Position numbers and translations under genes: made by a program. DNA of 33,515 nt from Chiloscyllium plagiosum (lineage: Eukaryota). The DNA is taken from positions 7,108,696 through 7,142,210 of the forward strand of contig NC_057753.1 of the NCBI RefSeq assembly GCF_004010195.1, given 5' to 3'. Below, in pieces: positions 10,022 to 20,605 of the stretch. The notes under the pieces were generated by a model, which was not told where the DNA came from, ran no database searches, and saw only the letters and a program-made list of their open reading frames with translations. Position 1 is the first letter of the stretch. Each line of letters opens with the position of its first letter.

Positions 10022-11569
10022 ACCATAAGACTATGAGACATAGGAGCGAAAGTAAGGCCATTTGGCCCATCAGTCCACTCCGCCATTCAATCATGGCTGA
10101 TGGGCATTTCAAATCCACTTACCCGCATTCTCCCCGTAGCCCTTAATTTTTTGTGACACCAAGAATTTATCAATTTCTGCCTTGAAGACATTTAGCGTCC
10201 TAGCCTCCACTGCACTCTGTGGCAATGAATTCCACAGGCCCACCACTCTCTGGCTGAAGACATGTCTCCGCATTTCTGTTCTGAATTTACCCCTCTAATT
10301 CTAAGGCTGTGTCCACGGGTCCTAGTCTCCTCGCCTAACGGAAACAATTTCCTAGCGTCCACCCTTTCCAAGCCATGTATTATCTTGTAAGTTTCTATTA
10401 GATCTCCCCTTAATCTTCTAAATTCCAACGAATACAATCCCAGGATCCTCAGCCGTTCCTCGTATGTTCGACCTGCCATTCCAGGGATCATCCGTGTGAA
10501 TCTCCGCTGTACATGCTCCAGTGCCACTATGTCCTTACTGAGTTGTTGGGACCAAAACTGCACACAGTACTCCAAATGGGTCCTAACCAGAGCTTTATAA
10601 AGTCTCAGTAGCACAACAGTGCTTTTATATTCCAACCCTCTAAAGATAATTGACAACATTGCATTCGCTTTCTTAATCACAGACTCAACGTGCATGTTTA
10701 CCTTTAGAGAATCCTAAACTAGCACCCCCAGTTCCCTCTGTCCTTTGGCTTTACGAATTTTCTCACCGTTTAGAAAGTAATCCATGCTTCTATTCTTTTT
10801 CCAAAAGTACAAGACTTCGCATTTTGTCACATTGAATTCCATCAACCATTTCCTGGACCACTCCTCCAAACTGTCTAGATCCTTCTGCAGCCTCCCCACT
10901 TCCTCAGTACTACCTGTCTGTCCACCGAACTTTGTATCATCGGCAAACTTCGCTAGAATGCCCCCAGTTCCTTCCTCCAGATCATTAATATATAATGTGA
11001 ACAGCTGTGGCCCCAACACTGAACCCTGCAGGACACGGCTTGTCACCGGCTGCCAGTCCGAAAAAGAACCTTTTATCACAACTCTCTGCCTCCTCTCAGA
11101 CAGCCAATCCTCAATCCATACCAAGAGCTCACCTCGAACACCATGGGCCCTGCCCTTGCTCAGCAGCCACCCATGTGACACCTGATCAAAGGCCTTTTGG
11201 AAGTCTAGGTCGACGACATCCACTGGGGTTCCCTGGTCTAACCTGCTTCTCATCTCTTCAAAGAACTCCAATAGGTTTGTCAGGCACGACCTCCCCTTAC
11301 AAAATCCATGGTTACTTGTTCTAATCCGACCCTGCTCTTCCAAGAATTTAGAAACCTCATCGTTAATGATGGATTCTAGAATTTTACCAACAACCGAGGT
11401 TAGGCTAATTGGCCTATAATGTTCTTCATTTTTTTCCCAAAGTGCAAGACCTTGCATTTGCTCACATTGAATTCTATCAACCATTTCCAGGACCACTCCT
11501 CCAAACTGTCCAGATCCTTCTGCAGCCTTCTTTTCTTCCATTAGCTTCAATAAGCTTATTTTCTTCAAT
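10022..11569 (-). mobile_element. Younger 5'-truncated CR1 LINE (ORF2 RT, one in-frame TAG and a late frameshift), specific to copy A, AAGCTT target-site duplication
   Basis: YRPISLTSVVGKILE, HGFCKGRSCLTNLLEFFEE, LDFQKAFD, QGSVLGPQLFTLYINDL, KFADDTK, RTHLEYCVQFWS, RRLRGDLIETYKI. ORFs 10714..11568 and 10192..10695 are in frame across a TAG. aagctt flanks it at 10016..10021 and 11570..11575; the empty site is at ~31105..31125. Confidence 0.95.
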
Positions 11570-12135
11570 AAGCTTCAATGCCATTTTGCAGGATAATCAT
11601 GCCCCATATTCAAGTAACGGTGTTAAAGTGAATGCACGTTTCTCATAGTAAAAGCTTTGAGTATTTTTGTTATAACGTCAAACTGCTGCATTTGATTTTA
11701 GTATCTGTCATGAATTCTATTAATTGTTCGTCAGATTTTATTGCTGAAGCCCATTGCTTTTTTTAAGCTTTGACTCCTGAGGCTGAAAACGTTACCTTTA
11801 AAATGATAAGCTATCTGTACAATTTGAAAGGAAACATTAATAACATAAAGTCACCCAAAGCAAATATCCAAGAAGAAATCGAAGATTCATCATCAAGGAG
11901 TCTTTTGATAAAATATGTATTTTCGTCCACATTTTTACCAGGTCTTCAGATTTGTCTCTATAGAGATTTCACCACATTCTTCAGATCTTCTCTCATTTTT
12001 TTTTTTTCTGGGTTTCTGACAGCTGCATTCTACAGCAATTTCGGTCTCATCTGAGGTTTGGCTCCTTGGAGTGATTTTGCTGAATGATGCTCAATGAAAG
12101 TCAGGGAGACAGTGTGGTCTACAGGTACTGAGATT

Positions 12136-12266
12136 AGAGTTGAGAGTGTGTTGCTGGAAAAAGCACGGCAGGTCAGGCAGCATCCGAGGAGCAGAACAAT
12201 CAACTTCTCGGGCCGGAGCCCTTCAGCAAGAATCCTGCGATTGTCCAGCAACACACTCTCAGCTCT
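12136..12266. mobile_element. Short Penelope-pLTR-derived element with 23-bp terminal inverted repeats and a decayed hammerhead core
   Basis: agagttgagagtgtgttgctgga (12136..12158) matches the reverse complement of 12244..12266 at 22/23. The - strand reads ttgctgaagggctccggcccgagaagttga...ggatgctgcctgacctgc. Confidence 0.75.
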
Positions 12267-12401
12267 TTGAAAGTCAGGTTTTTGATTCTCTGTGGAGAAT
12301 AAGAGTTGAGACGTTGGCTCGATCTACTCTGTCTACTCAAATTTTCAAAAAAACTTCAAGTTTAAGCGTAGTTAATAATTAAAACAAATAAATATTTTAA
12401 C

Positions 12402-12438
12402 GCACACACAGACACAGACACACATACACACACACACA
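12402..12438 (+). repeat. Imperfect (CA)n microsatellite
   Basis: gcacacacagacacagacacacatacacacacacaca. Confidence 0.9.
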
Positions 12439-12586
12439 AAAGCAGAATTTTCAAGTAAGAGAGCAATCTTTGATTGTTTTCGGGTCTAAATTATAAGCAA
12501 AGCTACCGCTTTGGATCCAGGTCTGTGTTCGGATAGCTTTGATGTTAATTCATAGGTGAGACATCACTTCCGTCTTCATTGTACTT

Positions 12587-12592
12587 TTTATT
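12587..12592 (-). promoter_or_regulatory. Possible AATAAA polyadenylation signal of the GPCR
   Basis: TTTATT on the + strand about 260 nt downstream of the stop codon. The context is AT-rich, so it could be chance. Confidence 0.3.
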
Positions 12593-12852
12593 TTAACATT
12601 GATTCACAAAGTTGAAATTTGTTCCCTTTGAATTGATATACAATTTGAAACAACACAAGAATAGATCATAAAGAACAAAAAAATGCAGAATAAATTGCCC
12701 CAAAGCAAAACTAAGTAATGTGTGCAAAAAAAATGTTTTTGTATATATATATTACCAGAGTCCAGGAGAAGCTATTGTTTTAGAAATAAGTGAAATGAAA
12801 ACTTAACTACGTTGTTGTACTGCCAAAGCAAATACTGTTTCCTTAATCATGT

Positions 12853-13736
12853 TTAACATATTCTGAAGGTTTGTTTCCATATACATTTCAACATATTGCG
12901 AAGAACTTTCCTGAATTTGTTCTGCGTTGCTGCATAAATACATGAATTAAGAAAACAACTCAGCAGCTTCAGGACATTTCCTATTTCTGTTGCAATATAA
13001 TCAGGGTTTGTGAAGTCGCCTCGGTAATAATTAGGGTGTGACACTCTGGTGAGGAGCAAACATAGGGAATATGTCAACCAAAGCATTATGAAACTGACTG
13101 TCACAGAGAATAATAAAATGATGGATTTCCTCCGGTTCTCTGCTGCCGAATTGCTACGATTCTTATTTCTGTGTCCCTGGAGTCCATTACGCGTTCTATT
13201 TGCCACGAAAATGCGGTAGACGGTTAAAGAATTAAACACGAATATTAGTAGAAACGGAATCCTAGCAACCGAGGCACTGTAAAACCAGACAAACTTCATC
13301 CCAAAATGTGAGGCTCAGAAAGTTGCACTTGTTCCACAGCCCCACTGGACGTTTTGAACGATCTTCCCAGGCTCATATGCAAACAACACCGGAATATTCT
13401 TTAACAGGATCAGGGCTGACACGATTATTAATAATGTGATTGCGGTTCTTTTTCTGCAATACTTTCTTTTGAACTCCTGACAGCAGATTATCACAAATCT
13501 GTCAAATGTGAATGAAACGGTAAGCCAAACAGTTAGATCGAGAGTGATTGCACTCATGTATGCAGGCGTGTGAGACAAGAAGGAAAATGGAAAAGAAGAG
13601 TTCAAAATGCGATACACTACAGAATTAATGATAATGGCCAATAGATCGGAAGTTTCCATAGCCACCATGTAAAACGTGATACACTTGGAAAGACCACTGT
13701 CGCCTCGCAATAGAATCACAATCGTCATCGAATTCG
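12853..13736 (-). pseudogene. Exon 2 of the GPR139-like orphan class A GPCR (TM1-TM7), with an in-frame stop at 13317..13315
   Basis: Acceptor ctgatcttctctatttctctgacag|CG. ORFs 13315..13782 and 12853..13299 are in the same frame, separated by one TGA. Motifs: ANSMTIVILLRG-GLSKCIT-YMVAM-SDLL (TM1/2), VWLTVSFTFDRF-ICC (TM3, DRF), QWGC (ECL2), ENRRKSIILLF-SFIMLW (TM6), NSCIYAATQ-KFR (TM7/H8). The spliced CDS is 954 nt. Confidence 0.88.
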
Positions 13737-13779
13737 CTGTCAGAGAAATAGAGAAGATCAGTCCTTCAAAAAAAGAAAT

Positions 13780-14476
13780 CATTCACTGACTGTTGGAGTC
13801 ATTGGCTTGGCCGGCGTTCATTGTTCATGTCTCATTTTCCAAAGTGAAGTTAAGAGACAAGTACATTGTTAAGCACACGCAATCTTTTGTCAGCTTTCTA
13901 GGTAAGGATGGTAGTTTACTTCCAAAATGAACGTTAGTGACGCGAGTAAGGATTTCTCAATAATCAGCGATGGATACCTCGTTGTCATTGAATATTGACG
14001 TGGAGATACCAGTTATGGACTGGTCTAGACGAAATGAAAAAAAATNNNNNNNNNNNNNNNNNNNNNNNNNNNNNNNNNNNNNNNNNNNNNNNNNNNNNNN
14101 NNNNNNNNNNNNNNNNNNNNNNNNNNNNNNNNNNNNNNNNNNNNNCGTATGTTTTCAAATTTTGTGTCAGAATGGCTCTATTCCCAAAGTATGAATTCAG
14201 GGAAAGTTCCATGGATTATCAAAAAGAAATGACTGCCTACAGATTACGTGCTCTTTGAACAGAATCGAATGTATCTGCAAATACAATTCTGCAAATGCAA
14301 ATTCACCCCATAGACTTAATTGTGTGTGTGCGAGCATTACATTAGTTCGATATTTTTTTCTCAAATTTACAATCCAACATTGACTGTAGCGGGATTCGTA
14401 AACAGCAGCCCAGGACATCATCTGGGTCTCTTCATTAATAGTCCAGTGAATATATCACTACTGTATCGCACACCTC
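13780..14476 (-). mobile_element. Degraded older shark SINE (SacSINE1/DeuSINE-like), split into ~13780..13990 and ~14340..14476 by an insertion containing the gap
   Basis: Recognised from memory of the family: gttaagagacaag...ggtaaggatggtagttt and gcgggattcg...ctgggtctcttcattaatagtccagtga...atcactac (antisense tRNA-like head). Highly diverged. Confidence 0.5.
14046..14145. other. Assembly gap (100 N, probably unknown size)
   Basis: Run of exactly 100 N. Confidence 1.
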
Positions 14477-14559
14477 AGCTTTATATCCGTGTACCAATGC
14501 ATGATTGTAATTAGTGCGAAGATACTTACTACCAACATTTGAACGCCAACCATTGAATT

Positions 14560-14868
14560 CGTAGCATCATTACAGGAGTATACAGGCCATTAGGTCCATC
14601 AGCCCATCCAGACCCATGACCCTGACCAAGCTTTCCATGGATTACTGATTGCTGATGCACCTAGTTTACATGTCCTGGCCACGATGGACAATTTATTATG
14701 GTAAATCCACCTAACATGTACAATTGTAAACTGTGGGAGGCAACCAGGTCCCGCGGCTGAAGCTCACAAAAACATGAGATAACGTACAAATTACATGCAG
14801 ACTGTCGCCCGAAAATGGAATCGTGTTCAGTTCCCTGATGCTGTGAGGCAGCAGTGCTGACCACTTAG
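14560..14868 (-). mobile_element. Old, diverged HE1/V-SINE-family copy
   Basis: gctgtgaggcagcagtgctgaccac head and aactgtgggaggcaacc V-domain remnant, matching the younger SINEs in this window. Confidence 0.75.
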
Positions 14869-15076
14869 CTCCTGAGCGTTTTGTGTGCCAGTCCCGTCGG
14901 TATTCTATCCACTGTCGTCTGACAGTGTGAGGATTAAGGAAAAAGAAAATTGCAAAAATCAGTTCTATTACGTTATTTACATTATTAGAGCAGTAACATT
15001 TTGAGAAAGTAGAAAGAGTCGAAAGTGACCACAAACAATTGTTGATTTTGTTGTGGTAACATTGTGCTATAAAATG

Positions 15077-15390
15077 TGGCGCAGTGGTTAGCGCCGGTGC
15101 CTCACAGTGCCTGAGACACGGGTTCAGTTCCAGCCTCAGGCGACTGACTGTGTGGAGTTTGTACGTTCTCCCCGTGTCTGCGTGGGTTTCCGTCGGGTGC
15201 TCCGGTTTTCTCCCACAGTCCAAAGATGTTCAGGTCAGATGAATTGGCCATGATAAATTGCCCGTAGTGTTAGGTAAGGAGTAAATGTAGGGGTATCGGT
15301 GGGTTGCGCTTCGGCGGGTCGGTGTGGACTTGTTGGGCCGAAGGGCCTGTTTCCACACTGTAATGTAACCAAATCTAATCAAATCTAATA
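15077..15390 (+). mobile_element. HE1-type tRNA-derived V-SINE, near full length
   Basis: A box gtggcgcagtggttagc, B box ggttcagttcc (15121..15131), V-domain, CR1-like 3' end gggccgaagggcctgtttccacactgta, aatct-repeat tail. Confidence 0.93.
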
Positions 15391-15489
15391 ATCAAAACAT
15401 TGACATTGGCAAATGGCTCTTATCACAGTAGGGCACTAGCAATGATTGAAAAGCACTGACTCATAAACAAACAGACAAGAATGACTTAC

Positions 15490-15559
15490 CTGGAATGCAA
15501 ATAACTGCGAGAATTGGATAACAAACTTCTTTTATGAGCAAAATCCATGCTTTTCCCAT
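15490..15559 (-). pseudogene. Exon 1 of a GPR139-like orphan class A GPCR (MGKAWILLIKEVCYPILAVICIP-G|gtaagt)
   Basis: The reverse strand reads ATG at 15559, then 23 codons plus 1 nt, then a consensus GTAAGT donor (15489..15484). The phase-1 end matches the acceptor at 13737/13736 to give ...ICIP-A-NSMTIVIL (TM1). It is too short for the ORF track. Confidence 0.88.
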
Positions 15560-16519
15560 ATTTAAAGACTCAATGACTTCTGCCAGTGTTAAATATCTGT
15601 GGCTGGTGCATGACCAGGATGCTTACATTTATGAATGCATCAGGTCTCCAGAGAATCATTCATGTGATATCATCACTCACGTTTGTTTGAATGAATTAGA
15701 CAAACGTTTTTCTTGAGCGATAACTCATATTTTCTTTTAAATCGGCGGCTCCCTTCTCAAACCATGAGTTCAATAAGATGTTTTATCGTTCTGACCTACG
15801 GGCTCTCAGTTATCTGACATCCATACTTGAGTTTTCCGATGTTTTAGTTCCCTATAGTTTCAACCATGTTCAAATATGGATTCGAAAAACTTTGATTTCA
15901 GCTGTAACAGTATTCAAACTGAAACTACCCATCTCACTGTTCTTTCAATTCCAAGGACTTCAATTCTCCCAAGAGCATTTTGGGTGACATTACATTAAAT
16001 ATCGTTCGAAACCTCATTGGCATGACATGCACAAGACTTCTGATATCCCTGTCTGCAACTCCATGGGGTAATCGAATACATTTAATAGTAATACAGAACA
16101 AAAGAGATTTGTCATTCCATCAAGCGCCAACTCGCCCAATTTTGTTTTACCTCCCCCGATCTTTCTGCTCTCAAATCAGAAAATTGACCCTGTTCCCTCG
16201 GACCATAAGTAAAAAGAAGAGGAACAGCCTGTTCGTTCCCTCGAGTTTACTCTTTCATTCAATAGCATCATGGATGATCCAACATTCACTCCCCTTGATC
16301 CCACTACAGTTTGGGAATGATAACGATAGATTATAACACTCTTCAGTGTAGTTGGTTACAGATGTTGGGAATTGCTATGTGAAAGAGTAAAAACAACGTC
16401 TCCTGCAATGTTGCAAAAAAAATGATAAGACCAAAATTACAGGTCCAGAAGCTTTTGAAACGATCAAATTGTAACTGAAAGGGTTCAGAAAATATTAACC
16501 ATAATATTTTCTAGTTTGA

Positions 16520-16900
16520 AGAGTTGTATTTATGTACATAAATTGGGAGACGGGTTTTCTTTCCTTGGAGCAGGAAAGATTTGGGGGGGCGGGTTTATAA
16601 AGCGTAAAAAATGTATCAAAAATGAGAAACATAGCGAGTGAAGACCAAAACACATGTTCCCCTTGGTGAAGGGTCCGTTAAAGGGCGGGGCCGTTGGACA
16701 GAAAGCAAGTAACAGCAGTGTTACAGGAAGTGTGATGGAAATGAACCAACCGATGGATAGTGGAGCGTCGATCTCCACGAACCCGATGTGTGGAAAAGAT
16801 AGACACACTTTTAAACGTTAAGAAGTTTTTAAAAGTGCACTTGATTTGTCAAGGCAGACAAGGTTTGTATCAAACAACAAGAGTTGTACGACTTTTATTC
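16520..16900 (+). mobile_element. Highly degraded CR1 3' fragment
   Basis: ttttctttccttggagcagg and atgttccccttggtgaagggtc correspond to LFSLEQR...LFPLVEGS of the CR1 ORF2 C-terminus. Confidence 0.5.
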
Positions 16901-18799
16901 AGATTCAGAATCATGAGGAGAATGCAGAATGCCTGAGGTGATGTGATCGAAATTTAGAAATGAAATGCAGTCCAGATAATCTTGTGCAAGTTTTTTTCTT
17001 AACTTCATTATCAATCAGTCTTTCTGTATGCCGTTTTCTATCAGCTTAACTAATTTCCATAGAATCTTAACAAAAGCAGACATTGTCAGAATTCGTTGGG
17101 CATTTTCTACGAACATCTGCCTAATGTTGAAAAACCTTGTTCAAACACTCGATTGCAGTTTCAAGGAATCATTTGAATTTAACTTTCTTCTGCACCTTGA
17201 GGTAGTACGTTGGTGCGATGCTATTTGGGGATTAAAGATTCAAATCATTCGTATATTCACTTCTGCGCTAAGCTGTGCAGGTAGAGTTGAAGGATGAAAA
17301 TCGTGGGGAAGAAACATGATCATTTTGTTTAGGAATCCTCTCATTGATAAGAACTTAGGGAAAACTGTGAACTATCCAGGTCAAGGATTTGTTGAGCACA
17401 TGGAGGGACGTCCTGGGCAGTGGGTTTGGAGGGCTTGGGATTCAATTGGGTCATCTCACGGATATTGTACCACATTGTCCTGTGAACTATGCCCCCCACC
17501 GCCTTCTGGACAAAAGAGGAAGATAACGTAGGTGGAACAGTTTCAGGAGAGAAATGTGTTCTCTGATGAGAAAAGAGAGAGGCAACAATAATGGGCCAGA
17601 GAATCATTCTCGCTCAAAAACAAAACTGCGTGAACAATGATTCAAGATAGATACCCCTCAACGAACTTAATTTGAAGCGAATCTTGTGCGGCTGAGTCAC
17701 CTGGAAAGTAATGGTTTTTGTCTATTTCCATCAGGAATCAACCTCGTTGGAGCATATCTCGTGAATTTCGAATCATTTTCATCCGGCACTATTTTAAACA
17801 AAGAGGACGGACATTTGCGAAATATTGTGATCTTGTGATGACTTTGAAGCGGGAAATGCACGCACAAACTGAATATTTTCTGTTGTTACTTCCAGAAATC
17901 TTCTGCTCATAAAATGTTCCTGCTGTCCAGAAGCACCTTTCAGTAACTTTTAAAGAACGTCGTGATCTTTGCCTAAATGAATCATTTTAAAATTTATTTA
18001 ATTTCATGTAGGTTTCAATCATTTAATGCACTCTCCTTATGCATGTATTCACAAACTGACTTTTGGAATAGAGTCGAGTATTTCAGTTTGTTCGAAGCTA
18101 TGTTTGAAATGCACATTGACAGCAACAGAGCAGATTAACATCTACCACGTGAAGTCAGCATGAATGACTCTACTTCATAACCTCTCTCCACGTCTGAGGT
18201 GTTCTGAATCTCAGGGTAAATCCTCCACGAGTCATCTCTCTCTCATTAGAGACAAGAACGTTATGATCAACTATTTCATTTTCATGCTTTGGATGCATTA
18301 ATCGCTGATTGATGAAATGTATTGGAGTGTTGAGGCAAGTATCCGAAAGTAGCAAATGCTGAAATCACAAAACAGTTCAGACAGCATTTGTGCAGCAAGC
18401 GAAAATTAATTCAGAACTTTGCCGACTGCAGTAATTGGATGTTAGGATCTGTTTCCCTGCTATATTACTCAATTACGCAGTTTTTTTTTTCAACGAGATA
18501 AATCAATCAAGATATTTTCAGTTATTGCATGACTCGAGTGGGGCTGTGTTTGACGGAGAGGTCAAGAGTGGAATGTTTGCATTCTATCCCACTTCTGTTA
18601 AACAAAACGTGATGTCTCAGGAGTTCATCTGTTCATACCTTGAATTGCTGTTGCTTTAAACCATTAAAGAGAAAGTTTCAAATGAGCGTTATTTGTTTCA
18701 GGCCTGGCTATAATCTGGAAACGAAACTGCAGTTTTAAATGGATTCTGTGAGACCACGCTTAGAGAATCACGAGTGGTTTTGTTTTCACTCGCTAAGAG

Positions 18800-19165
18800 T
18801 GCACTTGCAAGAGTGGACGTGAAGTGGAGGTTCACAAGGCTGTCACGAGAGCCAGCAGAACTGTCCTCGAGGAGATCTTGTTTTTAGTAGTCGTTTATTC
18901 AATGCAGTTTAGAAAGATGAGAGATGATCTGACTGTAAAGTAGATTTTTTAACGTTGCTGGACTGACCGATGCAGGGAGGATCGTTCCCCTGCTTCGTGA
19001 CTCTTTCACCAGGTGTCAAAGTCGCAGGATATGGGGTGTGACTGAGATGAGGGAACATTTATTCAGTTAAAGAACAGTGAGCATGTGGAGTTCTCTCCTA
19101 CAGCAGGCAATGGCGGCCACGGAATATATTCAAGAGATAGTTTTTAATGTTTTTAGAGTCATGAC
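18800..19165 (+). mobile_element. Highly degraded CR1 3' fragment
   Basis: gtggaggttcacaaggctg (RRFTRL), tttagaaagatgagagatgatctg (FRRMRGDL), actgagatgagg, tggagttctctcctacag. Confidence 0.6.
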
Positions 19166-19299
19166 TGACTTCGGCGACATAGCCCCTCGGTTCAAGGATG
19201 AGTAGACATTGGCACCAAAGTTTGGCCTTTCCTCCAACACCATTGGACAACAGTTGGGTCCAAACTTTTTCTTGAGTGTCTGACTGACTGTGCCCAATC

Positions 19300-19800
19300 C
19301 TCCTGACTACTACCAGAGTCTGTCGCAGAGTTACTGTGCTGTGGGGGCCCTGTGCAAATGATCTGTCTCGATTGCAATGAAGCCTGGTGAATCCTTGACA
19401 ACAATCCTGCTCTGGGTTTATGCGAACCAGCAATGCAAGACTGACGTCTTATGAGACTTTGTTTGAGGGGACAAACAGACTAGGCAACGGTGGACTATTA
19501 TTTTGTATGACAATGCACAAAGGACTCAGCTATGCAATCTTGGTCAAAGTCATGAGCTAACTGCTTTATATCCACCGTACAATGAATTCCTTGCTGGAGC
19601 AATTCACGTGCAACAAAGAATTGCACAAGTATGTTACAATTGATCAGAAGTGTGCCCGTTCTGTTGTTGCAATGTGCCATATTATGAATGCACAGGCCTA
19701 CGTTTGGCACCGTGGGAACGTTTAACATTGCACGATGGGAAAATGACTAATTCTCGAATTATGGATCTGCAAATTAAACAAGTCTGTGGTAAAAGTTCAG
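19300..19800 (+). mobile_element. Possible very old Gypsy gag/integrase remnant
   Basis: KPGES-like and LRDRLVCGI-like traces, plus C-x2-C...APWERL (ORF 19650..19844). Weak. Confidence 0.35.
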
Positions 19801-19837
19801 AACCGGCTTCTAGGACCAGTCTGAATGTAAGCAAATT

Positions 19838-20150
19838 AAGTTAGATTTTTTTTTAGATTAGATTACATTACAGTGTGGAAACAGGCCCTTCGGCCCAACA
19901 AGTCGAAGCACAACCCACCCATACCCCTACATTTACCCCTTACCTAACACTATGGGCAATTTAGCATGGTCAATTCACCTGACCTGCAAATCTTTGGACT
20001 GTGGGAGGAAACCGGAGCACCCTGAGGAAACCCACGCAGACACGGGGAGAACGTGCAAACTCCACACAGTCAGTCGCCTGAGGCGGGAATTCAACACGGG
20101 TCGGGGCGCTGTGAGGCAGCAGTGCTAACCACTGTGCCACCGTGCCGCCC
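19838..20150 (-). mobile_element. HE1-type tRNA-derived V-SINE with probable CAAATT target-site duplication
   Basis: Full head gggcggcacggtggcacagtggttagc, V-domain and (TCTAA)n tail. caaatt flanks it at 19832..19837 and 20151..20156. Confidence 0.92.
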
Positions 20151-20605
20151 CAAATTGTACAAGCTTGATAAAATGCCAGTAATCTTCTTAATGCCTCCTT
20201 GTATAATTTGAACTGCAGAGTCTAGCTTCAACAAAATGCCCATGCAATAGCAATAGGTCGATGCAAATGATTAATGTTTGGTAAAACTAATAAGGCAATG
20301 TTCAACACTACTCATGACGTACATTTCATGTAATCTGCAATTTCTCAGCATATTTGAAAAATTATAATATTTCTCTTTTTTTTGGAAAGGTGCAATAGCA
20401 GGATTGACTCATAAAACCTTAGTTTTCGGATCCAGTTGAGAAAAATAGCTATGATTGCCGAAGATTGGGCTCCATGAACTCACAGACAGGAAAAGACATG
20501 TAACAAGGTTCATGCGAAGGAACTGGTGGTAAATAGTATTGAAACAATAACTCAAATCATTGTTGGGACTCAGCAGGAGGTATCCAAATCTGTGACGGGA
20601 AGAAT

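Larger units (their letters stand above)
530..12000 (+). repeat. Segmental/tandem duplication unit, copy A
   Basis: Collinear similarity to 20450..33515 through both TE and non-TE sequence. Examples: 1121-1180 vs ~20834-20893 (57/60); 6901-6960 vs 28261-28320 (50/60); 11967-12000 vs 33481-33515. Confidence 0.93.
13737..15489 (-). other. Single GT-AG phase-1 intron of the GPCR, filled with SINEs and containing a 100-N gap
   Basis: GTAAGT donor, polypyrimidine tract plus CAG acceptor, and a CTGAT branch-like motif; the reading frame is preserved across the junction. Confidence 0.85.

Noticed and set aside
10714..11568. 284-aa ORF as a functional or novel reverse transcriptase
   Set aside because: It is a 5'-truncated CR1; its first ~50 residues come from junction filler and an out-of-frame duplicated fragment, and it ends at a premature TAG.
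13315..13317. In-frame TGA as selenocysteine or programmed readthrough
   Set aside because: The ECL2 Cys is already present upstream, I see no SECIS or readthrough context, and a second lesion (loss of the TM3 Cys) favours pseudogenisation.
13737..13782. ATG at 13782 (MISFFEGLIFSISLT) as the GPCR start
   Set aside because: It is the intron's branch point and polypyrimidine tract read in frame; a proper exon 1 with a matching-phase donor exists at 15559..15490.
16900..18500. Short ORFs upstream of the GPCR
   Set aside because: No recognisable motifs or convincing splice structure; AT-rich intergenic DNA with probable very old repeat debris.
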